DNA from: an uncultured Holophagales bacterium
GTDB lineage: Bacteria; Acidobacteriota; Thermoanaerobaculia; Multivoradales; UBA5704
Direction: 5' to 3'
Length of the DNA stretch: 64,000 nt
NCBI GenBank assembly: GCA_963741305.1
Contig: CAVUHL010000003.1
Coordinates: forward strand, 1,434,260 to 1,498,259
Numbering within the stretch: position 1 is the stretch's first letter; every line of letters begins with the position of its first letter. Made by a program: the position numbers and the translations under genes. Under the pieces are notes generated by a model. That model worked only from the letters and a program-made list of their open reading frames with translations, was not told the DNA's origin and did not search any database. Shown in pieces: positions 30,918-40,132 of this stretch.

Positions 30918-31832
30918 ATGTCCATAGCCAATCCCGAGCCGGGTCGCTCGCGCGCCGGGGCGATCCTGGCGGCGCTGTTCGCGGTCGTGGTGTGGGGCGC
31001 CTCGTTCATTGCGACCAAGATCGCGGTGGGGGAGGCCGCCCCGCTCACGGTCGTGTGGCTGCGCTTTGGAATGGGCGTGGCGGTGATGGGAGTCGTCGTG
31101 CTCGCCCGCCGGCAGCTCTCCCTGCCCGCGAAGGGGGACCTCGCCTACTTCGCCCTGCTCGGCTTCCTCGGGATCGCCTTCCACCAATGGCTCCAGTCCA
31201 ACGGGCTGGTGACCTCCCAGGCGAGCACGACTTCCTGGATCGTGGCCTCGACTCCGATCTTCATGGCCATCCTGGGCTGGATGGTGCTGGGTGAGGGGGT
31301 GAAGCCTCTGGCCGCCGTGGGGATCGCGGTGGCGGCCTTCGGAGTGCTGGTGGTGGCCACGCGCGGCAACCTCTCCTCGCTGGCTGCGGGCCGCCTCGGC
31401 GCGCCGGGGGACTGGCTGATCGTTGCCAGCGCTCCCAACTGGGCGGTCTTCTCGGTGCTCTCCCGGCGGGGGCTCAAGCGCTACCCCTCGGCGGGCATGA
31501 TGTTCTGGGTGATGACGTTCGGCTGGCTGCTGAGCGGTTTCCTTTTTTTGGCCGGTCCGGGGATCTCGGACATTTCGCGGCTGACCACACGCGGGTGGAT
31601 GGCCGTGGTCTTCCTTGGCGTTTTCTGCTCGGGGCTGGCCTACGTCTTCTGGTACGACGCGCTCAGCCGGCTGCCTTCCTCGCAGGTAGGGACCTTCCTC
31701 TACATCGAGCCGCTGGTCACGGTCGCGATCGCCGCCTCGATGCTCGGCGAGAAGCTGACCGTCCCCACCCTGGCCGGCGGCCTCGCGATCTTGATAGGAG
31801 TATGGATGGTGAGCTTGCGGAGCCCGTCATGA
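30918..31832 (+). CDS. EamA/DMT-family transporter (metabolite exporter)
   Basis: 10-TM protein with duplicated EamA domains; ATG at 30918 (M40 of longer ORF) preceded by the repeat region. Confidence 0.8.
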   Translation: MSIANPEPGRSRAGAILAALFAVVVWGASFIATKIAVGEAAPLTVVWLRFGMGVAVMGVVVLARRQLSLPAKGDLAYFALLGFLGIAFHQWLQSNGLVTSQASTTSWIVASTPIFMAILGWMVLGEGVKPLAAVGIAVAAFGVLVVATRGNLSSLAAGRLGAPGDWLIVASAPNWAVFSVLSRRGLKRYPSAGMMFWVMTFGWLLSGFLFLAGPGISDISRLTTRGWMAVVFLGVFCSGLAYVFWYDALSRLPSSQVGTFLYIEPLVTVAIAASMLGEKLTVPTLAGGLAILIGVWMVSLRSPS

Positions 31833-33400
31833 CTGCCATTCGGTTCAAAATTGCGAGCGAGGCGTCCGAGCTCGAGCAGATCCACCGGCTCAACCACGCC
31901 ACGTTCGCCGAGGAGATCCCGCAGCACCCCCGCAACGGCGACGGGGTCCTGATCGACAGGTTCCACGACCAGAACACATACGTGATCGCCCTCGACGGAG
32001 ACCAGCTGTCCGGCATGCTCGCGGTGCGGACGAACCGCCCGTTTTCGCTCGACACGAAGGTCCCGGAGCTCGACAGCCATCTTCCCGAAGGCCGTTCCGT
32101 TTGCGAGGTCCGGCTCCTTGCCGTCGCGAGCGAGCGCCGGAGGGGGTCCGTGTTCCGCGGGCTGATGCGCCTCGTGACGCAGCACTGCCTCAGCCAGGGT
32201 TTCGACACGGCCGTGATCTCCGCGACGGTCCGCCAGCTCAAGCTGTATGGCCACATGGGCTTCAAGCCATTCGGTCCCCTGGTGGGCACGCCGGAGGCGC
32301 AGTTCCAGCCGATGTACCTGACGCTCGAGGACGCGCGGGAGCGCTGGCGTGCCTTCGAGCCCGCAAGGGTGCGGCTCCTGCCCGGCCCTTTGAGCGTCCA
32401 TCCCACCGTCCGGCGGGCTCTCGCAAGGCCATCCATCCCGCACCGCTGCGGCGAGTTCGCCGCGATGCTGCGCGAGGTGAAGGCGCGGCTGCGCGAGCTG
32501 GCTGGAACGGAGCGGGTCAGCCTGCTCTTCGGCAGCGGCACCCTCGCGAACGACGCCGTGGCCGCACAGATCTCGCGGGAGGGCCGTATCGGAGACATTG
32601 GCTTGATCCTCGTCAACGGCGAGTTCGGCGAACGGCTGTGCGACCACGCCCGCCGCTTCGGGCTCGCTCATTCGGCCCTGCGGACGGAGTGGGGGAGCGT
32701 GTTCGACTATGAGCACGTGGACGACCTCGTGGCACAGGCGGATTGCGGCTGGGTCTGGGCCGTCCACTGCGAGACGTCGACCGGGGTCCTCAACGATCTC
32801 GACATCCTGAGGAGCATCTGCCGGCACCGGGGCAAGCGGCTGTACCTGGACTGCATCAGCTCGATCGGCACGGTGCCCGTGAATCTTTCCGGCGTCCGTC
32901 TCGCCTCGGGCGTCAGCGGCAAAGGGCTCGGGTCCTTCGCCGGGGTGTCGATGGTGTTTCACGACCACGCGATCGAGCCCGCGCCGGACCTGCCCAGGTA
33001 CCTGGACCTCGGCTGTTATGGACAGGAGGACGAAGTCCCGTACACCGTCTGCTCGAACCTGATCGCAGCGCTGCGGGCGGCGCTCGACCGCCAACGGTTC
33101 GAAGAAAGGTTCTCCCACGTCGCTGGCCTGGCGTCATGGCTCCGCGCCTCTCTTCGGGACCGAGGCCTGTGCATCCTGGCTCCGGACGCCCATGCCTCAC
33201 CGGCGGTCACGACGATCGTGCTCCCTCCCGAGGTGCGGTCGTGCCGGGTCGGCAGCGCTCTGGAGGAAAGGGGGTACGAGCTCAGCTACTCCAGCTCCTA
33301 CCTCCGCGAGCGGAACTGGATCCAGATCTGTCTCATGGGAGAGCACGGGCGCGAGGAGCTCGCGTCCTTGCCCCGGCTTCTGAAGGCCGCGGCAGAATGA
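31829..33400 (+). CDS. fusion protein: N-terminal GNAT-like acyltransferase domain plus C-terminal class V (PLP-dependent) aminotransferase
   Basis: ATGA overlap with EamA gene; residues 1-170 acyl-CoA N-acyltransferase-like, residues 180-524 aminotransferase class V fold (SLLFGSGTLANDAV..., lysine region SGVSGKGLGSFAGVSMV). Confidence 0.7.
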   Translation: MTAIRFKIASEASELEQIHRLNHATFAEEIPQHPRNGDGVLIDRFHDQNTYVIALDGDQLSGMLAVRTNRPFSLDTKVPELDSHLPEGRSVCEVRLLAVASERRRGSVFRGLMRLVTQHCLSQGFDTAVISATVRQLKLYGHMGFKPFGPLVGTPEAQFQPMYLTLEDARERWRAFEPARVRLLPGPLSVHPTVRRALARPSIPHRCGEFAAMLREVKARLRELAGTERVSLLFGSGTLANDAVAAQISREGRIGDIGLILVNGEFGERLCDHARRFGLAHSALRTEWGSVFDYEHVDDLVAQADCGWVWAVHCETSTGVLNDLDILRSICRHRGKRLYLDCISSIGTVPVNLSGVRLASGVSGKGLGSFAGVSMVFHDHAIEPAPDLPRYLDLGCYGQEDEVPYTVCSNLIAALRAALDRQRFEERFSHVAGLASWLRASLRDRGLCILAPDAHASPAVTTIVLPPEVRSCRVGSALEERGYELSYSSSYLRERNWIQICLMGEHGREELASLPRLLKAAAE

Positions 33401-33406
33401 GCGGCA

Positions 33407-33542
33407 TTTTTCCTGGGACCGCCGGCATCCTGCCGGCATTGTCCGGAGGAATCAGCCGGAACGGCCGACAATGCAAGAAGGACGGGCCTTCGGCCCGATG
33501 TCTCAAGAATGCCGGCAGGATGCCGGCGGTCCCAGGAAAAAA
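33407..33542. repeat. hairpin element: 34-bp perfect inverted repeat flanking a conserved AAGAAGGNCGGGCCTTCGGCCCNATGT core
   Basis: tttttcctgggaccgccggcatcctgccggcatt ... aatgccggcaggatgccggcggtcccaggaaaaaa; second family member at 58057-58160. Confidence 0.8.
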
Positions 33543-33569
33543 CCCCTGGTTTGCCATAAAGGTCAGTCT

Positions 33570-34412
33570 ATGAATCGCCGCCAGTTCCTCCGCTTGAGTG
33601 CCACCGCGGCCGCCGCCGCGGCCGGGGTCGGGATGTATACGTGGCAGGTCGAGCCGCATTGGGTGGAAGTCGTGAAGCGGGATCTCCCGATCGGCGGGCT
33701 GCCGCCGGAGCTGGCCGGGGCGCGCATGGTGCAGATCAGCGACATTCACGTGGGGCCGCGAGTCAGCGACGAATACCTGATCGATTGCCTCCGGAGGGTG
33801 GCGGACCTCCGGCCTGACTTGCTTGTGATCACCGGCGACTTCCTCAGCTACAGCCATGAGGCGGGGGAGGCTCAGTACGAGCAGCTCCGGCGCGTGCTCT
33901 CGCATCTTCCTCATGGACGTCTGGGGACGGTGGGAATCCTCGGCAATCACGATTACGGCCGGGCGTGGTCCGAGCCCGATGTGGCTTTGCGCGTGATGGC
34001 CGAGGCGGAGCGGGCGGGGATCCGGATGCTCCGCAACTCGTGCGCCACGGTGCAGGGGCTCGACCTCATCGGCGTCGACGACCTCTGGGCGGAGCATTCC
34101 GACACAAGGCGGGCCTTGGAGCAGCGCCGCAGCGAGGCGGCGGTAGTCCTCTGCCACAACCCCGACGCCATGGACGAGCTGGACTGGGGCGGCTACCGCG
34201 GCTGGATTCTCGCCGGCCATACTCACGGCGGGCAGTGCAAGCCGCCCTTCCTACCGCCGCCCATGCTTCCGGTCCGGAACGCCCGCTACACCGCGGGCGA
34301 GATTCCCCTCTCCGAAGGCCGCCGCCTTTACATCAACCGCGGGCTCGGGCATCTCCTCCAGGTGCGTTTCAACGTGCGCCCGGAGATCACGGCGTTCACG
34401 CTGGTGAAATAG
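33570..34412 (+). CDS. Tat-signal metallophosphoesterase (calcineurin-like phosphoesterase)
   Basis: MNRRQFLRLSATAAAAAAG twin-arginine signal; motifs DIHVG, GDF, GNHD, GHTH of metallophosphatases. Confidence 0.75.
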   Translation: MNRRQFLRLSATAAAAAAGVGMYTWQVEPHWVEVVKRDLPIGGLPPELAGARMVQISDIHVGPRVSDEYLIDCLRRVADLRPDLLVITGDFLSYSHEAGEAQYEQLRRVLSHLPHGRLGTVGILGNHDYGRAWSEPDVALRVMAEAERAGIRMLRNSCATVQGLDLIGVDDLWAEHSDTRRALEQRRSEAAVVLCHNPDAMDELDWGGYRGWILAGHTHGGQCKPPFLPPPMLPVRNARYTAGEIPLSEGRRLYINRGLGHLLQVRFNVRPEITAFTLVK

Positions 34413-34534
34413 ATCTGTCAATCCTTCCGTAGGGAATACTCGCTTTTGCGGAAACGTTGATTGGAGCGAGCCGCCGGGAAGGTCTGCGGCTCTCATTCGA
34501 ACAACGAAGCACTTCTCAGAAGGAGAGCAACTCC

Positions 34535-35512
34535 ATGAAGAGACTCCTTGGGCGAAAGCTCGCCCTGACGGCTGTCCTCTGTGCCTCCCTGCCCGGCGCG
34601 CTCCACGCCGGTACCCCCTACACCGACACGCTCGACGCCAACCGCAACCGGCTCTTCGCTGATTGGGCTGCCCGGCACGGCCAGTCCGGAAACCTTTGCC
34701 AAGCGTGGGAAAACATGAACTGTACCGCCAAGGGCGCCTTCCTCACTCTCACGCACCGTCTCCAGGTCTCTTACATGCCGGACAACAAGACACCGCTCGA
34801 TCATGTGGATGGCATGTATGGCATCGTCGGCTACGACGGCCAGTGCCACGGCGATGGAAACCGGATCTTCGTGTCCACGGACGACTACCTCTGGTACGCC
34901 ATGGCCTACGCCAACATGGGTTACGTCATGCACCTTGACCAGAACGGCAACAATTACTGGACGGTCAGCGACGACATCATGGGGCCTCACGATCCGTTCG
35001 ATGCCAGCAACATGACGTCCTACGGCCACCCGCGGGGCCAGCTGCACTTCTGGGGCTCCGATTACGGCTTCTGGGTGGAGGTCCAGCGCGACGGTGTTCC
35101 CCCCGGCGTCGTCGACGAAAACATGATGGAGTTCGATCAGGACTACGACTGGAACCATCCGTCGAGCACCGAGTGCACCTACGACACGGACGGTTGCGAC
35201 ACTTGCGAGTCGGGGTACAACAAAGCCGGCTTCTCGGATGGAACGGGGCGGATGATCTATGCCCGGCAGCATCCCCACATCGAGGGCTGGTTCGCCGGTC
35301 CCGATTACGAGTGGGCTCCCGCGGGCTGCGAGCGCAAGTGGTGCGGCGGCTGCGGAAGCTGCGAGGCACAGACTTCCTGGGGATATCAGGCGGGACACCC
35401 GGCCTGGACCTGCTCGCAGGTCCCCTGTGGCCCGAACACCAATTACTCCTGCACGCTGGACGGCTACAAACAGCGCTGCGACTATCCCAACGGCTGGGTC
35501 CCGGCCAACTGA
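34535..35512 (+). CDS. secreted cysteine-rich hypothetical protein
   Basis: RBS AGGAGAG 8 nt upstream; signal peptide MKRLLGRKLALTAVLCASLPGALHA; about 20 Cys, Trp/Tyr/Asp-rich, no family recognised. Confidence 0.55.
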   Translation: MKRLLGRKLALTAVLCASLPGALHAGTPYTDTLDANRNRLFADWAARHGQSGNLCQAWENMNCTAKGAFLTLTHRLQVSYMPDNKTPLDHVDGMYGIVGYDGQCHGDGNRIFVSTDDYLWYAMAYANMGYVMHLDQNGNNYWTVSDDIMGPHDPFDASNMTSYGHPRGQLHFWGSDYGFWVEVQRDGVPPGVVDENMMEFDQDYDWNHPSSTECTYDTDGCDTCESGYNKAGFSDGTGRMIYARQHPHIEGWFAGPDYEWAPAGCERKWCGGCGSCEAQTSWGYQAGHPAWTCSQVPCGPNTNYSCTLDGYKQRCDYPNGWVPAN

Positions 35513-35605
35513 TCAATCAGCCCCGGCGCCCAACGCCCATGCCAAGCCGCGTTCATGCTGTAGCGAAGTGCAGGCATGAACGCGGCTTGAGCGCCTTGTC
35601 AGGTG

Positions 35606-36292
35606 TCATTTATTCGCGTGTGGGTGAGGAAGATCTTGCACCCACCATGTCGGGTGCTGAGGCCAGCCGGGTGGTGAGTCCGCCCAGCCTTCCTGACGCC
35701 CGAATGGCAACAGGTCTCGCATGGTGTTGGCGAAGACCAGCCGGTCAACCCCGCGTTGCGAGGTGGTGTAGGTGCGGTAAACCTCGTCGCCATCGCGGAG
35801 GAACACGCTAAGCAGGAAGCCGTCGCCAGCTCCACAGTCGGCGGAGAACGTCGTGCCTCGCGAGGACGCGAACGGCACGTGCATCCAACCCTGCCGCTCC
35901 CACACCCTCCGCAACTGCTCCAGCTGCATGTCGGACACTGTTGCCCAACTCACGCCAGCTTGGGCGAGCCGTGTGAGGCCATTCGCCGGGATGCCGTCGG
36001 TGACCCACGTGCAACCTGGACAAAGGTGGTCCGGGCCGAGGTCCATGAACTGGTAAAGCAGCAACTGGTCATGCCCGGCGAAGAGGTCGAGTAACGAGAC
36101 CGGGCCGCTCGGAGCCGCGAACGCGTAGTCGGATCGAAACCGAACCATCGGCAACCGGCGACGCTGAGCCGCCACTGCGTCCTCGGCGTGGGTAACCTTC
36201 TTCTCGGCGGCAAGGAGTTCCGCGTGGGCCTGAGCCCACTCTTCGGCACTGACGACGTTTGGCTTCGCGCCCGTAGCATGTGGTGTGTTCAT
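35606..36292 (-). CDS. DUF899 thioredoxin-like family protein
   Basis: Pattern EEWAQAHAELLAAEKKVTHAEDAVAAQRRRLPMVR...YAF..PSGPVSLLDLF.G...LLLYQFM.....CPGC matches DUF899; alternative start 36331. Confidence 0.6.
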   Translation of the reverse strand: MNTPHATGAKPNVVSAEEWAQAHAELLAAEKKVTHAEDAVAAQRRRLPMVRFRSDYAFAAPSGPVSLLDLFAGHDQLLLYQFMDLGPDHLCPGCTWVTDGIPANGLTRLAQAGVSWATVSDMQLEQLRRVWERQGWMHVPFASSRGTTFSADCGAGDGFLLSVFLRDGDEVYRTYTTSQRGVDRLVFANTMRDLLPFGRQEGWADSPPGWPQHPTWWVQDLPHPHANK

Positions 36293-36482
36293 AGTTCTCT
36301 TCTCAATCAGCGGAAACGCCCGCGATGACACCTACGCCTGGGGGCCTGCAGCGCGCACCTGGGCACGCGCCCAGCCGTCCTGTGCAGCGCACGACCGAAC
36401 TAAAGCTTCCTACATGGAACATGCCTATGACTCTACTCTGCCGTCTCTACCGTTGTACAGTGGGTTCTTTCCCAATGGCGCC

Positions 36483-37085
36483 CTACTGACTAGCGCCTAG
36501 GTAAGTTCCAAATAGCTGAAGACTGAACCCTGCAACAAGAAGAAGAAAGCCGAGAACGCCGACCGTGCCATCGGGCGTGCGAGCCTCGACAAACTCAAGA
36601 ACGCGAATTGGCAACTTGATCGTACCGGTAATCAGCATGTGCACCAGTTCCCCGAGGCCCCATAGCCCGATACCACCTCCAAAAAGCAACGCGAATAACA
36701 CTAATGGTATGCTGAAGTATAGGGGCTTTTCCCAGAGCCATATACCAGCCTGCGATAGCCACGCAACGAGACGCCCGTCAAACAGTTGATTAGCAAGTAC
36801 AAGCACGAAAAAGCCAGCGACGTAATGTAGGGTTATGAAGAGACCTGCATACCTTTCGCTGGGTATTTCACCATCTTCCCAAGCTTCCGGAGGAGTTGCC
36901 TCTGTCTCCTCATCGACAACCCGAATGCGCCGAATGCGTGGCGAGAGAGTATATCTGTAGGCACTCCGAAATACTCTCTCGCGTAGCACACGGAGGTTTT
37001 CGAGTTTGATCGCCTCGACAGCTACAAAGAAAGCTCCAATGATATCCAGCACTAGCCCAATCATCGTGAAGTGGTACGACTCCAT
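36483..37085 (-). CDS. hypothetical 4-TM membrane protein (200 aa), lower-GC islet
   Basis: ORF with four hydrophobic segments, GC about 52%. Confidence 0.45.
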   Translation of the reverse strand: MESYHFTMIGLVLDIIGAFFVAVEAIKLENLRVLRERVFRSAYRYTLSPRIRRIRVVDEETEATPPEAWEDGEIPSERYAGLFITLHYVAGFFVLVLANQLFDGRLVAWLSQAGIWLWEKPLYFSIPLVLFALLFGGGIGLWGLGELVHMLITGTIKLPIRVLEFVEARTPDGTVGVLGFLLLVAGFSLQLFGTYLGASQ

Positions 37086-37119
37086 AGATGTCGCTCAAGA
37101 CGGCCAACGGAGGTGCTGC

Positions 37120-37434
37120 TCAGCGGCCGTAAAGCGAAGCTTTTCGGTCCGCTAGAGCTGCCGGGCTGTTAGGCTCATCCCCTACGGACGTCGGCGGGAT
37201 AAGCACCCAAGCGTCTTGCTGGGCCACCGGTAACGCTTGCGTGCCCGGGGGATCACCAACATGCAAGAGTATGTAAGTCGGTTCTTCGTGCCTGTTGGTG
37301 ACCTGAGAAACCTCGTAAGAGACTCGAGTCTCGCCGACGCGGCGAATCCGATCGCCCTTCTTAAACTTCGGTGTGAACACTTCGGCCATATGCGTGCCCC
37401 CTGAGTTACTGTCGTGATGGTAACCGAATGTCAT
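37120..37434 (-). CDS. hypothetical small protein (89-104 aa)
   Basis: ORF in lower-GC islet, possible start at MAEVFTPKFKKGDRIRR. Confidence 0.35.
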   Translation of the reverse strand: MTFGYHHDSNSGGTHMAEVFTPKFKKGDRIRRVGETRVSYEVSQVTNRHEEPTYILLHVGDPPGTQALPVAQQDAWVLIPPTSVGDEPNSPAALADRKASLYGR

Positions 37435-37481
37435 AGTTTAAGAAACGTTACACAGGTCACCTAAGACGTTGAAATGATGAA

Positions 37482-37871
37482 CTATCTAATGAACGCCAAG
37501 GCGAGTGCAGTGAAGAGCATAGCACCAAGAAGCTGGTGACCCTTAAGCGCCAACTCAGGTGCTTCAGGGACGCGCCCCCGGACAAAGACGTCGGCGAGAA
37601 TCGCGCCGAACCCAGCAATTAGGTACAGCAGCATCATGCCCAAGTACGCTCCGAGAATGCTGGCGACGTGCCCGAGTAATCCAGGAACTTCAGGCTCCAG
37701 CTCCGCTCGGAAGACACCGTAAAGGACGATACCAGCTACCAACCAAAGGATCACTTTCCTCCCGGTTGTGGGCGTGCGTCCGTGGTAACCGTCCAAGGCA
37801 ACTCTGAGCGTGGGACTTGGCTCAGGTGTACTGTAGAGATGCTTGTTCAGGAGACGAGTGAGCAGGTTCAT
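37482..37871 (-). CDS. hypothetical 3-TM membrane protein (129 aa)
   Basis: ORF in lower-GC islet, hydrophobic segments. Confidence 0.4.
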   Translation of the reverse strand: MNLLTRLLNKHLYSTPEPSPTLRVALDGYHGRTPTTGRKVILWLVAGIVLYGVFRAELEPEVPGLLGHVASILGAYLGMMLLYLIAGFGAILADVFVRGRVPEAPELALKGHQLLGAMLFTALALAFIR

Positions 37872-38005
37872 CGGAGGTTCTCCATACTAGAGCCTGATCA
37901 ACAGCTAGCCATTGTTGCCAGACGCCTAACGGTGTATGAGTTCAGATGCAACACGAGCGCGAACGCGCGAGTGTTGTCCGCTACGACGAGGAGTTAGGCG
38001 ACCAG

Positions 38006-38584
38006 TCAATTCCGGGCCGACTGAGCTTCTTGTGGACAGGGAATGTTTCGCCAGCGACTCGGCGGACGGTAGAGGTCGGCGTTGACGTAGTAATCTGTCA
38101 GGAAGCCGAGGGATGTAATGACCACGATGTTGGCGCAGAGCGCTTCGTCGGGCACTTGACTTTCGTCGAGGGCTGCAACAAAGACCTCGACTTGCTTTGG
38201 CGCAAGCCTGATGGCTCCCTCTGGAGGTGGCTTCACTTGAATCCCGCCGTCGCGAAGCGTATTGCCCCGCTCATCAATGAAATTAATTCGTATGGCGCGC
38301 AACCAAATTTCCTTGCGGCTCGTGTTGACAATTCCTACGGACACCTCGGCTACACCGCTGGTGGGTTGTACCTCGACCGACTCCGCGTCTTCCCTGAGCC
38401 TGTCGTTGAGCTGAATGCCTAGCGATAGCACGGCGAGTAGCAGGCCTGCGGTGGCCACGATGCTATTGAGCACCTCGTGGGAAGATGCCTTCCTCTTGTC
38501 CGGTTCTTCGGGCATCGGGTTCGCTCCGATGGGCGCCTCTAGATCAGGATTCGACGAATTTCTGCCTTGCCGACAATCGAGCAT
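38006..38584 (-). CDS. hypothetical single-pass membrane protein (192 aa)
   Basis: ORF in lower-GC islet; one TM helix (VLNSIVATAGLLLAVLSLGI). Confidence 0.4.
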   Translation of the reverse strand: MLDCRQGRNSSNPDLEAPIGANPMPEEPDKRKASSHEVLNSIVATAGLLLAVLSLGIQLNDRLREDAESVEVQPTSGVAEVSVGIVNTSRKEIWLRAIRINFIDERGNTLRDGGIQVKPPPEGAIRLAPKQVEVFVAALDESQVPDEALCANIVVITSLGFLTDYYVNADLYRPPSRWRNIPCPQEAQSARN

Positions 38585-38885
38585 GCCCGGTGACTTATGA
38601 GAGCATGTCGATAAGCTTTTCGTTTCTGCACTTTAGCCTATGGTACGCCTAAGCCATGATCAGGTCAACTCAGCCAGGGTGTCGCGTAAGCCTTCTCCCT
38701 TTCGGAACGGGGCAGGACGCTTATGCGGCGTACTTCGGCCTGAGTCGCGGTCGTAAGTGGCTGATTCGAGAGCGGTGGCCCTGGAGCGGGCCATCCTTGC
38801 AGAAAGACGAGATCCCTGTCGCGGAGCCCGAAGGTGCGGCGACTTCTGCGTCAGAAGCGTGACAGATAAGCTGCCGGAGGCCTCG

Positions 38886-39404
38886 TCACGAATGGCTCTC
38901 TTTCTTCCTGGCAGGCGGCGGCTCCTTGGTGTAGAGGGCCTCTTGGTTCGCCTTGCCCGCCCGGACTTGATGGATGCGCCGCGCGGCGCTCATGCGGCGG
39001 AGGATCAAGGAGACGGCGGGCGGCTCTGCCGGCTGGCGCAGCGCCTGGGGGAAGCGGCGGTTGACCTCGTTGACCACGAGCCTCGTACCGAACCGCTCTC
39101 CGTCCGGACGGTCGGCCACGACCCGCTCCACCATCCCGGCCAGCGTCGGATGGCGTCCGAGGTCCTCTGCCGGTGGAGGCGCGGCCGATACCGGGACCGG
39201 AAAGTCGAGATCCGCCGCCACTGCCGCTACCGACCGGAACGACTCGAGGTGCGTCGTCGCATGCTCGAGCTCGGCCTCGCGCAGAGCCCGCTGCTCCCGG
39301 TGGTGCTCCTCCTGCCGGGCGTGCAACCCTATCTGCTCCTGCAGGGACTCGATTTGTCTCTCCAGGTTGACCAGAATCTCGGACAGCGAAAGGTTCAGGG
39401 CCAT
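38886..39404 (-). CDS. hypothetical coiled-coil protein (172 aa)
   Basis: ORF with heptad-like N-terminus (LSEILVNLERQIESLQEQIGLHARQEEHHREQRALREAELE); directly downstream of the 21-bp array. Confidence 0.4.
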   Translation of the reverse strand: MALNLSLSEILVNLERQIESLQEQIGLHARQEEHHREQRALREAELEHATTHLESFRSVAAVAADLDFPVPVSAAPPPAEDLGRHPTLAGMVERVVADRPDGERFGTRLVVNEVNRRFPQALRQPAEPPAVSLILRRMSAARRIHQVRAGKANQEALYTKEPPPARKKESHS

Positions 39405-39529
39405 CGTCCATCCTCATCGTCGAGACAGCCAGCCGGAACGCTACCCGTCAGGAGCCGCAAGTCGCGTCATCCTTTCCGATAAGCTCCACAGGCCGGGGGT
39501 TTCTGATGCGACGATAGCACAGGACGCGC

Positions 39530-40125
39530 GGTGGACCCTATCGGTGATGCGACCAGGAGCTGCGCGCGCGAGACAAACCCATCGCCGTCGCGGCAATCCC
39601 CATTCTGCCGCGACTTTGCCTTAAGTCGCGTCAGAAAGACCCATGGTGCCGCGACTTCAGCCAAAGTCGCGTCACCACAGCCTATCGGTGCCGCGACGAA
39701 ACCTGGAGTCGCGTCAGCAAAAGGATTCGTGACGCGACTATACCCTTCGTCGCGTCACTGTAATTCATCGTCGCGTCACCAAAGCCTATAGTCGCGTCAC
39801 GAAGCTTATGGTCGCGTCAGAAAAGCCTTGAGTCGCGTCATCAATGCTTATGGTCGCGTCGGCAAAGTCTTGAGTCGCGGCAGGAAAACCCGTAGTCGCG
39901 TCGCGAAGCTTATCGCTGACGCGACGATGGGTTGGGTCGCGGCAAAAAAGTCCAGAGTCGCGTCGGCAAAGGCCGGAGTCGCGTCAAAATGCCTTTCGGC
40001 GGGACGCCGAAGCTCTTGCGGCAGACGGCGAAGCCTTGGGTCGCGGCAGAAATGGCCCGGGTCGCATCACGAGAGCTTCGCGCAAGGCGGCGAAGCGTTG
40101 AGTCGCGACAGAAAAGCTCGTTGGC
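39530..40125. repeat. tandem array of about 27 copies of a 21-bp unit with conserved core AGTCGCGTCA (consensus GTCGCGTCANNAAAGCNTTNN)
   Basis: gtcgcgtcaccaaagcctata gtcgcgtcacgaagcttatg gtcgcgtcagaaaagccttga gtcgcgtcatcaatgcttatg gtcgcgtcggcaaagtcttga ...; constant 21-bp period, variable 3' half. Confidence 0.85.
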
Positions 40126-40132
40126 CTGGAGG

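Noticed and set aside
30273-31187. 304-aa minus ORF and several 60-130-aa ORFs across 30150-30900
   Set aside because: They translate tandem repeats and palindromes (repetitive peptide GAGWNDSTRGLGRPTGGLQRSTRRLKHSGAGLQRSTRGLG); the region is better explained as non-coding repeats.
31700-33118. 472-aa minus ORF antisense to the GNAT-aminotransferase gene, plus 32101-32712 and 32743-33573 alternate frames
   Set aside because: No domain signal; antisense GC artefacts.
38757-39482. 241-aa plus-strand ORF and 38851-39417 minus alternate frame over the coiled-coil orphan gene
   Set aside because: Arg-rich low-complexity; the 38886-39404 frame has more protein-like composition, though even that call is tentative.
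39530-40125. Possibility that the 21-bp array is a CRISPR
   Set aside because: Period is 21 bp with a conserved 10-bp half and variable 11-bp half; there are no 25-40-bp unique spacers between repeats and no cas genes nearby.
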